A DNA stretch of 64,000 bases from Takakia lepidozioides (lineage: Eukaryota > Plantae > Bryophyta). Position numbers and translations under genes: made by a program. The stretch's first letter is position 1; each line of letters starts with the position of its first letter. Positions 39,901 through 51,159 of this stretch are shown here, piece after piece. The stretch is taken from contig CM060734.1 in NCBI GenBank assembly GCA_030704615.1, positions 23,932,001 to 23,996,000 on the forward strand, in the 5' to 3' direction. Under the pieces are notes generated by a model, which saw only the letters and a list, made by a program, of their open reading frames with translations, searched no databases and had not been told where the DNA came from.

Positions 39901-40142
39901 GCCGCAAGGCGAGCCCATTGGAGGGCTTCATGTGTGAGGTGTCCAGGTGGCGGGTGGGCAAGGCCATGACCTGACCATGTGTGTTGAGTCGCGGTGCCTT
40001 TAGCCCCGAATACACAGTCTCTAGGGTATGGGTTGTCATAGGAAGAGAGTTCAAGAGGACATGTGAGTGGACTTGAGTAGTAGGTGTGAGTGACTTGAAA
40101 GGAGGTGATAAGAAATTTGAGGATATTCGCCGGGATGGTGCT
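39900..40142 (-). other. PCIF1/CAPAM-like amino-methyltransferase domain within the LINE ORF
   Basis: Manual translation, same frame as the chromodomain: STIPANILKFLITSFQVTHTYYSSPLTCPLELSSYDNPYPRDCVFGAKGTATQHTWSGHGLAHPPPGHLTHEALQWA. Compare the PCIF1 pattern FASPLNC...D.YFGSRG...SGSFEANPPF. Confidence 0.65.
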
Positions 40143-40556
40143 ATGGGCATAGGCTTGAGCTGATTTGTCAGGGGTACGAGGTTTTTTAGTGGGGGTATTG
40201 CGTAAGTATCTGGCGACTATCCAGCATACTTCAGTGGCGAAGTCTTGCCTAGGGGGTTGAAGCTGATTAGTGTAGATGGCGGAGGCAGTATGTCGCTCCC
40301 AGAGCCATGTGATCCTTGTGTGAGAGATTGTTCCTACAAATTGTCCATGGAGTGTGTATATGTTAGTTACGGAATGGCTTGGGCAGAGGACAGGGTGGAT
40401 TTGGTCAATGTCTTTGTCAGGGTTACATTCGGAGATTGTTATCCGTATTTTTGGGGCAACAAGTGGGGTGTGGATGTATCTATCATCCCTTGATTGGGTT
40501 TGGGAGACATGTTGTTGGTGGAGGTGGGTTAGGTATTTAGTGTTAGTCGATTTGTG

Positions 40557-40754
40557 GAAATTAGTCAGGAGGGTGAGGTTGTGAACGGGGTCGCAATCTT
40601 CATGGTTGCCAAAGAGGTCATCTTCTATTTGTCATGTGTTATCTTCAATGGGATAGTCGGCCCATTTACAGAGATAGTATGTATCAACACATGTGGCGCC
40701 AAAGGCGTCCTGTGAAGTTTGGGTTTTGATGCCATGGATAGCCTCAATAACAAA
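40557..40754 (-). other. Chromodomain within the LINE ORF (one in-frame stop)
   Basis: Manual translation FVIEAIHGIKTQTSQDAFGATCVDTYYLCKWADYPIEDNT*QIEDDL...LLTNF. The TGA at 40634-40632 sits where chromodomains have Trp. Confidence 0.75.
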
Positions 40755-42845
40755 GGCTTCTGGTGTTCTGGGTTTGTTGGGTAGGAGTTAAGTGTCGGGG
40801 CGGTATGATTTGGAGAGCTAGGGGGGGGTACATTGGGATTGGGAGTGGAGGGGAGGTGGTGGTGGGGGGTGTCCTGTGTGGGATGTTCATGCATGTTATG
40901 GGAGTTTTTTAGCTGCTGGAGTATTGAGGTGGCTGGAGCTGTTCTGAATTTTGGGAGGAGGTCTTGCTGGTTGTGTGGGAAGAGTAGATAGGGGAGAGTC
41001 ACAATCTAGGGTACAGGAGACCGTTGGGTGGCAAAATAGAGAGCGGAGGTGTGATAGATATCTACATGTTTTGATGGTGGCTCGAGAATGTCTTTAGGGT
41101 GAATTGCGTGGGGGTTAAGAGCCGTGTCCCCGTGGCAGTGGTAAGTTGGGTAAGGCTAGAGATAATGCGTTGTTTGAAGTATGCCAAAATGAGTTTTTAC
41201 TGTCGTGGGTGGGAGTGTTCAAATTGTGTGTGGGAGGGGCTTTGAAGCCATGCACGTTCAAGTGGGGAGATGGTGTTGGGGTAGCCTGGTAGGTCGGTTT
41301 GTATACTGATCTTCAGTTGTCTTAGGAAAAACAGTGTGCGGGCGGTTGGGGAGTGAAGGCATGATTGGGGATAGAGGGTGGGAAGGGAATAAAGCCCATT
41401 GTATTTACCCGCTAGGTGTTTGAGGAGGCCTCTGAAAATGAGTCCTAAGCGACCATGGTTGTTTAGGGCTTCTTGTAATTGTGAGCCAAGGGTGCGGGCG
41501 TATGAGATGATGAGGCGACTAGAGCCTATGCCATAGCTATCCTGTGGGAGTTGGGTAAGAGCGTTCGGGGTGCTAGTGGGTAGGCCACATATATGTTTGG
41601 TGAGTTGAACAACATTTTTATCAATTTGTTTGATGTCTGGTAAAGAGAAGGGGGCGGCATATAAGGCGTATTGTACTTGGTTTTGAGGACTGTGTTGATG
41701 ATGGCAAGCTTGGGGTGGATGGCAACCGGAGCTTTGAGGAGGGCCAGGCTTTTGTTGGTTAGTTTAGAGATTGTTGTGGATTTTTGTATTTTCCATGTGA
41801 GTGAGGGGACCAGCTGAATGCCAAGATAGGTGTAGGGCTCGTCTGGGCCTAAGAAGGGGAAGGGTTTTTGTTGGTAATGTATGTGGAGTTTGCAGTGGGA
41901 GGCTATGGTGGATTTTGTGAGTTTGCTCCAATGTGTGGCGGCAGTGACCGCACATTTGTGGAGGCTGAGCGCCATGCCAGACCATTGGTTGAAGCGAGCA
42001 AATTTGTCCACCTGTCGGTTAAGATGTTGAGGTTTGTGTGCAAGTATGGCAAGGTCGTCAGCATAAGCTGCTACAGTGATTTCATTAGGGGAGGTTTTGT
42101 ATTGGTAACCAAGGTTTCCACGGGCGCGCCATCTGAGCAGGGGTTCAGGGAATATGATGAAGAGATAAGGGCTCAGAGTGTCACCTTGAATGGTTCCACG
42201 AAGGATGGGAATAGGAGGCGTGGAACCATAGTAAGAACCAGCGTATTCTGTGGTGTTGTTGGTGTAGATGTTACCAATGAATTGGATAGCATCTGTAGGG
42301 TATCCTAAATCTATCATGACGGCGAGCAGGCGGGGGTGGTCTAGGGATCCGAAGGCATTTTTTAAGTCGATGTAGAGAAGATAAATGTCATGTTTGGTGA
42401 GTTTTGCATCTTCCAAAGCTGACATGACATATTGTATCTGTCTGGTGGTACTCCGCGTAGCACAAAAACCTTCTTGTGGGTCGCTGAGGATCCGGTGTTG
42501 CTCCCCATAGGTAGACAACATTGTTATCAGGGTGCTAGTGAATAGTTTGTATATAGTGTTAGCTAGTGCGATAGGCCTGTAGTTACCAAGGTCCGTGGGG
42601 TCACCTTTTTTGAATAGTAGTATGGTCCTGCTATGCTTCCAAGAGTGTGGTATACGGTGGAGCTGGTAGCAGAGTTGGAAAAATTTAAAGAGGAGGTCAT
42701 GAAATTGGGGTTCGAGTGCTTGGAGGATGGCGTTGGGTATGAGGTCTGGGCCTGGCGCCTTGGCCTTGGATAGGTTTTTGAGGCATAAGTCATATAGGTC
42801 TCTTGTGAAGAGATTCAATATACGGTCTGTAGGGGGGCCGCGTGC

Positions 42846-44650
42846 TTTTAATCACCTTCATCCCACCGGACTTCAGGAAACTGGACAGTAGTCGTCGGCA
42901 CTTTGCATTGGCAGCTTGTAGGATGAGCAAACACCCATTGTCAGCCAAGAAGTTCCCATAGAACTTGAAGACCCAGGGCCAGTAGCGCTCGTCCCATTCA
43001 TTCCAGGCTGGAGTGACACCTTTCGGTGGAAGATCTGGGACTAGAAGCCCGTCTGGAATGTCCACAACAACGAGCTCGCATGCAAAGGGTTTTTTCTCTC
43101 CGTTCACCCACGATGGGCCTTTCCCAGCCTTCACCCCCCAAAGCAATTCAATTGAAATGACATTTGACCACACTGCAAGAACCAAGTGACAAGGAGGGGA
43201 GTGGATAAGGAATTTACCAGAGTGAGGAATGAAGACAATGTCTCCCAAGTTGGGGACTTCTCTTTGACTGTGTCGCCTTTCCTCCTTGATTCCATCATGT
43301 CCAAGAAGCTTTCGTTGACTGTCTTGTGTTGGTAGCCCGTGGCAACTCCTCTGCCAGGGTTAGGTAGGGCCTCGTATGGTTTGTCCGACAGAGCTAGTTG
43401 TGAACCCCTCTGAGCCCCTCCTGCCACAGCAGCCGCTGCCCGACCTTGTTCGCCATCTTTCTTTTTGTCCTTCTTCTTTCCACCCTTCTTTTTCGGGCTC
43501 TGATTTACAACTAGTTCCTTTGCTTTGAGAAGCCAGAGATCTCTCAACTACAGCTGCCTATCTGTCAGAGGAGCAAGAGCCTTTGCAATGTCATTCAAAT
43601 TTTGCAGGACGTTCTCCTCCTCGATTGTTCGGGCAATCAAGGTACCACCCACAGTCTTTGAAATGAGACCTGCTCCAGTCCTCCAGAATGCCCGCTGTGT
43701 ACATTGTTGTGTCGGGATTTGTCTTTGCCCAGCTGTCAATGAAGAATGGGTACGAGCTTAGAAAACCACCTAGAAAAAGTACTCCGTGGATATATCTGCG
43801 AAAACAAAACCAACAAATATCAGGAGAGTTCATAGGAAGACATGATAGCAGACACCATTCTTTTGTTGTAGCACTTAACAAAAAACAATCCAAGTGCAGG
43901 GTAAATTCATCCTTGCGTCAACGAAATCCTCTTTCCGTTTATGAAACAAGAGTTTGACACTTAAGAAATCCTTTTATAACGTTAGTCGTGGGCTCCCATC
44001 AAACAGGCTTGCGTCAACGCAAGCCTCATGCAGACCAGGTAAAAGTCCCGTTGCCTCAAAGTTTTTGCTACAAGGGAAACAATGCATAGCTGTACTTAAA
44101 ATTGTCACAACATACCCCTTCCTAATACGTAGTTCAAACTACCAATATATACTCCACACACTAGACAGGCTTGCATCAACGCAAGCCTAACCCTAGCCCA
44201 AAAACACTCGGGAGAAAGGTAGCCATGAGTAGGAGGGTCCGCAGGCTTGCGTTAACACAAGCCTCAATAGAGAAAGCTACTATCTTTAAGAACAGCTCAC
44301 AACATTAAAAAGCATGAAATGAAACCTGTATATGACTCGCTTCATCGCCTGCTCCCCATTGTACTGCGCATCGAACAAATTCGAACGGTGAATCCCACCA
44401 TCAACAACAAATTCGCGGAAGAACACATGTTCCCAAACTATCTCTTTTCCACCTCCTTATCCAGGTCTCGAATGACTCATCTGGTGTAGCAACGACTATC
44501 TTGAAGTCTGTAAGAGATTTCTCCATAACCTCCTCAGCCCTCTCCTCCAACTGCCACTCAAGTAACTTGGTTAGATTTTGCGAAAGCAGTCAAAGACATT
44601 CAAAACAGACATTGAAGACTTGTGAAATTCTTACCTGCGCCCAGAATGTG
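42846..44650 (-). pseudogene. Fragmented multi-exon gene ending in a beta-class N4C/N6A methyltransferase-like segment
   Basis: ELVVVDIPDG (DPPY-like, 43062-43048) then PAWN...WVFKFYGNFLADNGCLLIL. Splice-like sites at 44634 and 43217/43173. Cut by the LINE on one side and the Gypsy LTR on the other. Confidence 0.45.
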
Positions 44651-47202
44651 GTGTCAAGTTATTTTACCACTAGTGTGAAGTTAGCTAGGAAATAGCTAGC
44701 TTTTATATATTGACATTTGGGATTGACCCAATGTCAATCCAGGGGCCAATACATGTTTGGGCACATGGCATTGTTATCTTCACGACAGATCGCGGTGGGC
44801 TCATCTTTCTCGAGTTGAGCCTCACCGCGTCTAGCTATGGCGCCGTAGTGTGGATTCCCCATGGCGTGGGTTGCACTTGGCTCGACTTAATATATGAGTG
44901 ATGTTTTCATGTGCAAGTATATGAGTTAGAGAGAGCTTGTGTGCTTGTATTATTCCTTTCTTTATCACTCGAGAAAGATCAGCTCGAGTCTGTGAGTGCC
45001 AGGTTCGAGTTGTTTTGTAGCACTTGTGTTTTCATGAGAAGCGGTTCAGCCTAGAGTGTAGGGATCCGTGCATGAGCCTATCCACAGTGGATAGAGTGCA
45101 AAGGCAAATAGGTTGCAGGTTTGCAATGGATAGAAAGGCGGGTAGCCTATGTTGAAGAGCGGCGTTGCATAATTCAACGCTATGGCAACCAAGTTTGGGC
45201 TTCTAGTGTGAAGCGGAGGAGATGCTGGCCACGAGTGGGCGAACTGGTGGTCGTCTTCTTCAATTGCAAGCCGGGTTAAGGAGCTGCAGGAATGTGGGCT
45301 GTGCATGGGAAGCTAGCATGTTGCAGGTTGGAGATGATATGATCAGCTCCAGGTATTTCTGCCCGAAACTAGTTGTTGCAGGTAGATGAGGAGCAGCCGA
45401 ATGGTGGAGCTGCGAGGGGATGCATCGCAGCCCGTGGGAGCTTCAGCTCCAAGCTCATGAAGAGGTATGAGTGAGGAGAGGGGGGTTGGTCCCTCTTGTG
45501 TGCAAATCAGTGCACTTGTGAAGCATGTGCTGAGTTGGAGTTTCAATCTGAAACTCAGCAGTGTAAGGGCTCTTGGAGTGGCAAGAGCGGGGCTGGAAAG
45601 GCAGCAACGAGGCGCCCATGAGAAGTGCAGGTGCACCAAGTTTGTAAAGGTGTGTATTTTCAAATTTGTTTTTGTGAGCTTCATGAAGAAAAGGGAGCTT
45701 GTTGGGCAGCATATAGCTTGCTTGTTGAGTTGGAGGCACTTCTAGTGGGCCGAGAGAGCTCAGGAGTGCAAGGCGACGGGGTTGATGGCTCCGCAGAAGC
45801 CATAGCTCGTCGGCAGCAGGTGCTGGAGCAAACCCCAGCTCGGTAAGAGCTCGGGAACGCGTGGGAACGCCCAGGAACTCATGGGAACTCGTTGGGAGTG
45901 CCAGAGAACGCAGGGAATAGTGGCCGTGATGGGCTGTTGGGGCGGTATCATGAGATACCACGAGCCCAGGTCGTGATGATTGACCGTGACCGTTGACCGT
46001 GACCGTTGGAAATCGTGGTGCGGACACAACGGGTGGGCACGGTGACCAGATCGTGGGGATGGTGGGCCGTGAAGGCTCGTGGGAGTGGTACCACAGGGTA
46101 TCACTGGGCAGCCCGTGGCCAACGAGTGCCTAGGGCGGGCCGTGAGGAGTCGTGGCGGTTGGAGCCACGGAAGGCCGCGAACAGTTAGAGTGAAAAAAAA
46201 AAAAAAAAAACAAAAACAAAAAGAGGGACCTTGATGGGGAGGCTGGGCTCTGAAGAACAACGGTTTTGAGCTAGCTGATCCGGCAAAAAAGTCGGAATTG
46301 CCTCCCTGTTGCGTTTTAACAAAGGGGATTACTTCCTTGCAGGTAATCTTTTCTGGTTTTCAGCCCAATTCTTAACTATGGGGGAGACCAGCCTGCAGGT
46401 AATTCCTTTGGACAGAATGTTGTTGGGGCCTATATGTACCTCTATTTGCTCCATTTTTTAACCTTCAGTGAATGGCATGGTTTCCTGAGGTGGTTCCATT
46501 CGGAGGAATGTCTGGTGGACGTAAGAAGGCACTGGCGGACCCTGTGGAGGCTTTGCATGGGGCCTTGGAGGCAAAGTTTCATGAGCTCGTGGAGGGCGGT
46601 TTGAGGAGTGTCTACATGATACTCTCATGGTCATGCAAGTGAGAGAAGAGAGGAAAAAAAAAGGGTGTTGGGACGAGAGCGTGTTGGGGATAGGCATTGC
46701 TTTAGCTTCCCTTCCTCGTAGCTTTCCACCTTCTCTGTAGGCCGAGACCTTTCCATAGGTGGAGGCAAGAGTCAGTCCGGGTTTGGGCTGGGTTGCAGGA
46801 GTGACACTGTGGAGAGATTTTTGGTGTGGGGGAGTTGTTGTTTTCATTCTTGTGTTTGGATCCCCTCCACACCTGCATGCCATGCTAGTTTTGTGTGGGC
46901 GCTTGATTTTATAAGTGGTGGACTCGGGCTTGATCGCCGATCCTACCCTAGAGCATGCTGTCGATGGTGAGGCTGGGTTGATGACCAGTCAGACCATCTT
47001 TGTTTCTCCTGTGGTGAGGTTGGAGGTGATGACCAGCCAACCATAGGAATGCCTGCGGTGGATGCAGGTGCAGGTGCAGGCTATGTTAGGAACCTAGTAT
47101 TCCAAACCATAAGCCGCATCAGGATCTCTACCCGGATACCTTGTGGAGAGGGGGTTAGAGACATGTTCATGACCGGTTGAGTGTTAGTTTGTCAACACGG
47201 AG

Positions 47203-48340
47203 GTGCCACTAGTTGCTAGGGAAAGTGCCGGTATGAGCACTAGCAATACTAGCGGGTATATGAGACGAGGTGTGCGGTTTAGGCCACCTTCACCTCCTGT
47301 GTCTTCTACGGAAGGTTCTAATTCGGATTGTGAATCAGGAGGACTCACACTGGTGGTGCAAGTTATTTCCTTGCCATTGTTGTGGGACACGATGGAGGAG
47401 ATGTATGGAGCCACCAAGGGGCCACGAAGGTACTCTGGGGCAGTGGGCACCATTGAGTTGGATGATTTTATCCAAGAGTTTGATAGTTGGTGTGACTTGC
47501 AGCAAATGCGCAATCCACAACTGTTTACACCTTTTATGACATGGAAGGGACTGTTTCAGCACCTTGAGGGGCCGCCCATGGATGATTACCATGAGTTTAG
47601 GCGGGGGTACGATGTTGAGATCGATGGATGGAGGATGTACTGGTCACCCGACTATGTCTCCATCACTAAAGGAACAAGGGCAGCAGCCATACTGGCAGCT
47701 GCACCGGCAGCTTCCACGAGCAGTAGTGGGACTAGTGGTACAGAGGCTACGTCATCCACCCAAGCTACTGCTGCACCAGCACCAGTGGCGGTGCTTGCCT
47801 TCAACCCTATTGTGGAGTTCTTCGAAGAGTTGAGAAGGAACTACCAAGGGGTGAGGACAGAGAAGTTGAGGAGCTTGCAAGAGTTCCAACGGAAGCCTAC
47901 TGAGAGCTTGAGGGAGGCTTTTACTCGCATGAGGCGCTTGATTAATGTAACCCAAGGGGTTACAGAGGCTCAGGGAGTCCAGTTCTGGTACGGGATATTG
48001 GACAAGGAGCTGAGGAGAAGGGTGCGGGATGCAACTCTCCTACAAGCGGCCCAACCCACCTTAGCAAATGTGTTTTTGCTGGCAGAGCGGATAGAGCTCA
48101 ACATGGTGGAGGAACGAGTGGTCATCGTGGGATTTGCTAAGGAGGCACCACGAGGTAGTGGTGCTCTTAGCCAACCACTACCTCATCGTGCTCAAGGCAA
48201 CAAGGGGGCTTAGGTGAAGCCCAGGGAAGGGCAGAGAGGACCTCAGATGCAGGGGTCTCTCCCTTCATTTGCTGGCCAACAACGGGCGGATGTGGTGTGC
48301 TGGCCATGTGGAGGACCCCATGTCAAGAAGGATTGGGAGG
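47203..48340 (+). CDS. Gag with degenerate zinc knuckle
   Basis: LDDFIQEFDSWC and FQRKPTESLREAFTRM; CWPCGGPHVKKDW knuckle at ~48298-48336, after a frameshift. Confidence 0.8.
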
Positions 48341-48765
48341 AGTCAGCTTCCTATAGGCCTGGATGGCAGTCAGGGGAGGGCCGGCGTATGTAGCTCTCTG
48401 TGACGTTCATAGGAGGAGTTGCGGTTGCCCAGCGAGGCAAGATGCCAATACTGGCAACATTCACAGCTGTTGTGACTTGGCCTGGATAGTTGTTGGATGG
48501 AAACACTCATTTAGAGGATGTGTCACATCCGGGAGAGCAGGATGACATGTATGGTATGACGGAGTTGTCTGCCATGGTTGCTCACACTCCATTGTGGGGT
48601 TCGAGCAAGGATTTGCAGCGGGTTGCTGATTGTCATGTGCAACAAGCTTGGGTAGAGGCTTTTGTACCATCAAGAAAGGAGGATAGTGCGGGGATTGCCA
48701 CAGATCTACCTCAGTTGTCTCCATTGGACACCACACCAATCGTGTGGCAGTGTCCGGATGAAAGC

Positions 48766-49710
48766 ATTTGCCTTCTGGATTTGTTTGGCGGGATCAGCAC
48801 CGGATTGACTGCTGTTCTACAGGCAGGTGTACGAGTACGACGTTACCTGTATGTGGAGAGGGATGAGACTGCACGACGCGTCTCCCTCCGTCATGTTGCT
48901 CAGTTGGTGCAGTAGTACCCTGAGTTGTTGCCGGTGTCTACGGTTCATGGATATCAGTTGGCCTTGCCAGCAGACATCTCTTTGCTGGGGGCCCAGGATT
49001 TGGAGCGGGTTGGCTCCATTGATTTGGTAGTGGCAGGTTGGCCCTACCAAGGGCATTCATCAACTGGGCATGGCAATGGATTGCAAGACTCGAGGTCGGG
49101 TCTGTTTGGGAGATGGTGCGGGTTTTGCGCCACTTACAGCTTCATCAGGCTGTATCTCCAGCATACATCTTGGAGAATGTGCCACTGATGGGCGATTTTG
49201 GGACAGGGTGATGGCCAGTGTGCATCAGGTCCGGTCGTGGCTTGGGTCAGCAGTGTTGCTGAATGCAGCTGCAGTGGGGTCACGGACTCATCATCCACGG
49301 TTATGGTGGACTAACTTGATGTCACCCGCACTGCTTAAGCGTGCATTTGATGGGGTGTAGCGGCCAGCACACCTCACAGTGGATAGCATTTTGGATACAG
49401 GGAGGCAGTCTCAGCGTGTGAGACACGATGACCGTTCGCCTTTGGCAGTGGTCAACAAGGTGGATCAACCACGAGCAGCACTATCTACACTGCTCAGCTT
49501 CCCAGGATCGCATGCTGTCCGGGATAGTGGACCTGGCCTCCTGTGGGATGCTCAGTTGCAGCAGTTAGTGGAGCCTAATGCTGACGAGCGAGAGCGGGCT
49601 ATGGGTTTTCCCACTGGGACCATGGCGGTGCCTTCTCTTTTTGAGGCATCACGTCGTTAGGTGTTGGGGCAAGCAATGGATATAAATTGCTTGACCTGGA
49701 TTATCAGCTT
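48766..49710 (+). pseudogene. C5-cytosine DNA methyltransferase domain (disrupted)
   Basis: Motif I LLDLFGGI; II YVERD; IV DLVVAGWPYQG (PC to PY, TAC 49045-47); VI ILENV (ENV 49173-81); VIII HHPRLWWTNL; IX-X ERERAMGFP...LGQAMD. Confidence 0.9.
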
Positions 49711-50064
49711 GGCTATGGCTGAGCAACAAAAAGTGTGGAGTGCACTTCCCTTGACGGTCTCTCTGCCTACCGAGACGGTACAGGCAGTGAGTGGAGGCGA
49801 GCCAGTGAGGACCACGGGGTGTAGACATCCATGGCACACATGGGAGGTGCTCGAGGTTCAGAGGGAGTTGGCAGCCAAGGCGGCTGTGATGGATGAGGTT
49901 GGGGATTCTTCTCGGGTTGAGGAGGTCCTAAGGATGAGATGATGGGGCAAGATGAGGCCTTGTCATTGACTGAGCAGGCAGGAAGTACTGCTCATGAGGT
50001 TGCGGCATAGCAACCACGGGACGCGTCTCCTACCTCTAAGTCTGCTGGACTTAAGGTTGCAGTT

Positions 50065-51115
50065 ATGGAGGACAATTGGGAGCTTGACATTGGACCCATT
50101 GTCACTGGAGGAGAGAGACGACATATACGGCGGTTCCTGAGGGCTTACAAGAATTGCTTTGCCTTCAGTTTGAAGGATTTGGGAACACTGAAGGGTCAGG
50201 AGATTCGTATTGAGTTGGCCACGGACACGCCAATCTTTCGGAGACCCTATAGATACAGTGACATGGAGAGGTATTTGATTCAGATGAGGACTCAAGATCT
50301 CTGGGAGGTTGGTTTGGTGGAGCTCTCTGGTGGAGAGTATGCTTCAGCCACGGTGATGCCAGCCAAGAATGATGTCTATGGCAATTGGACGGAGAGACGT
50401 ATGTGCGGTGATTACCGGCCTGTAAATCGTTAGACCAAGTCCGATAAGTATGCCATGCCCACACCGGAGGAGATCTTTGATGCCATTGGGCATGCCAAGG
50501 TCTTTAGCACTTTGGACTTGCGGTCCGGATATCACCAGTTGCCGATCAAGGAGGCGGACAAGCAGAAGACGACATTTTGGGGGATCAATGAGCACGGGAA
50601 GGAATGCCTATATCAGTGGCGGTTCTTGCCATTCGGGCTTAAGAACGCTCCTGCAGAGTTCCGGAGAGTCATGGACATGATTCTAGCAGGGGCGGACTTT
50701 GCTCGGTGCTACATAGATGACATCATCATCTTTAGTGCTACGGTGGAGGAGCACGAGAGACACCTTCAGGTGGTGTTTGAGCGCTTGAGAGCGCACGGAT
50801 TGAAATTACATCCGGGGAAGTGCAAGTTCTTCCACAACCAGATTGAGTATCTGGGCCACATGATATATCCTGGAGGATTGGGGGTGCAACAGACTAAGGT
50901 AGAGGCCATCGCACAGATTCCACGTCCCACGAATGTGAGCCGAGTTCGAGCTTTCATGGGGTTGGCAAACTACTATAGACGGTTTGTCAAGGGATTTAGT
51001 ACTATTGCAAAGGCTCTAACCAAGCTGACCAAGGTAGACCAGGAGTGGCAGTGGGAAGATGAGCAAGAGCGACTTTTCAGGAGCTCAAGGCGAAGTTGAC
51101 CTCGGCGCCGATCTT
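50065..51115 (+). pseudogene. Gypsy reverse transcriptase; RNase H deleted
   Basis: RMCGDYRPVN, FSTLDLRSGYHQ, LPFGLKNAP, YIDDIIIFS and FMGLANYYRRFV. Sequence jumps from TSAPIL directly to the integrase linker. Confidence 0.95.
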
Positions 51116-51159
51116 GGGACGGGATACACCTGCTTCGAGTGTGGGAGGATGGTCGGGTG

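Larger units (their letters stand above)
39900..42845 (-). mobile_element. LINE fragment truncated at both ends: RT, chromodomain, PCIF1-like methyltransferase domain
   Basis: RT ORF 41526-42818 (KAPGPD, NYRPIAL, DLKNAFGS, QGDTLSP, AYADDL). Downstream domains read by manual translation. Confidence 0.9.

Noticed and set aside
39203-40150. 315-aa ORF as a single protein
   Set aside because: Chance read-through across the LINE/CACTA junction (~39900). Its first ~85 aa are off-frame LINE sequence.
44985-47200. Extra ORF in the long Gypsy leader
   Set aside because: Only short broken frames with no identifiable domain.
48340-48765. Aspartic protease expected between gag and DNMT
   Set aside because: No D(S/T)GA-type motif found; probably deleted in this copy.
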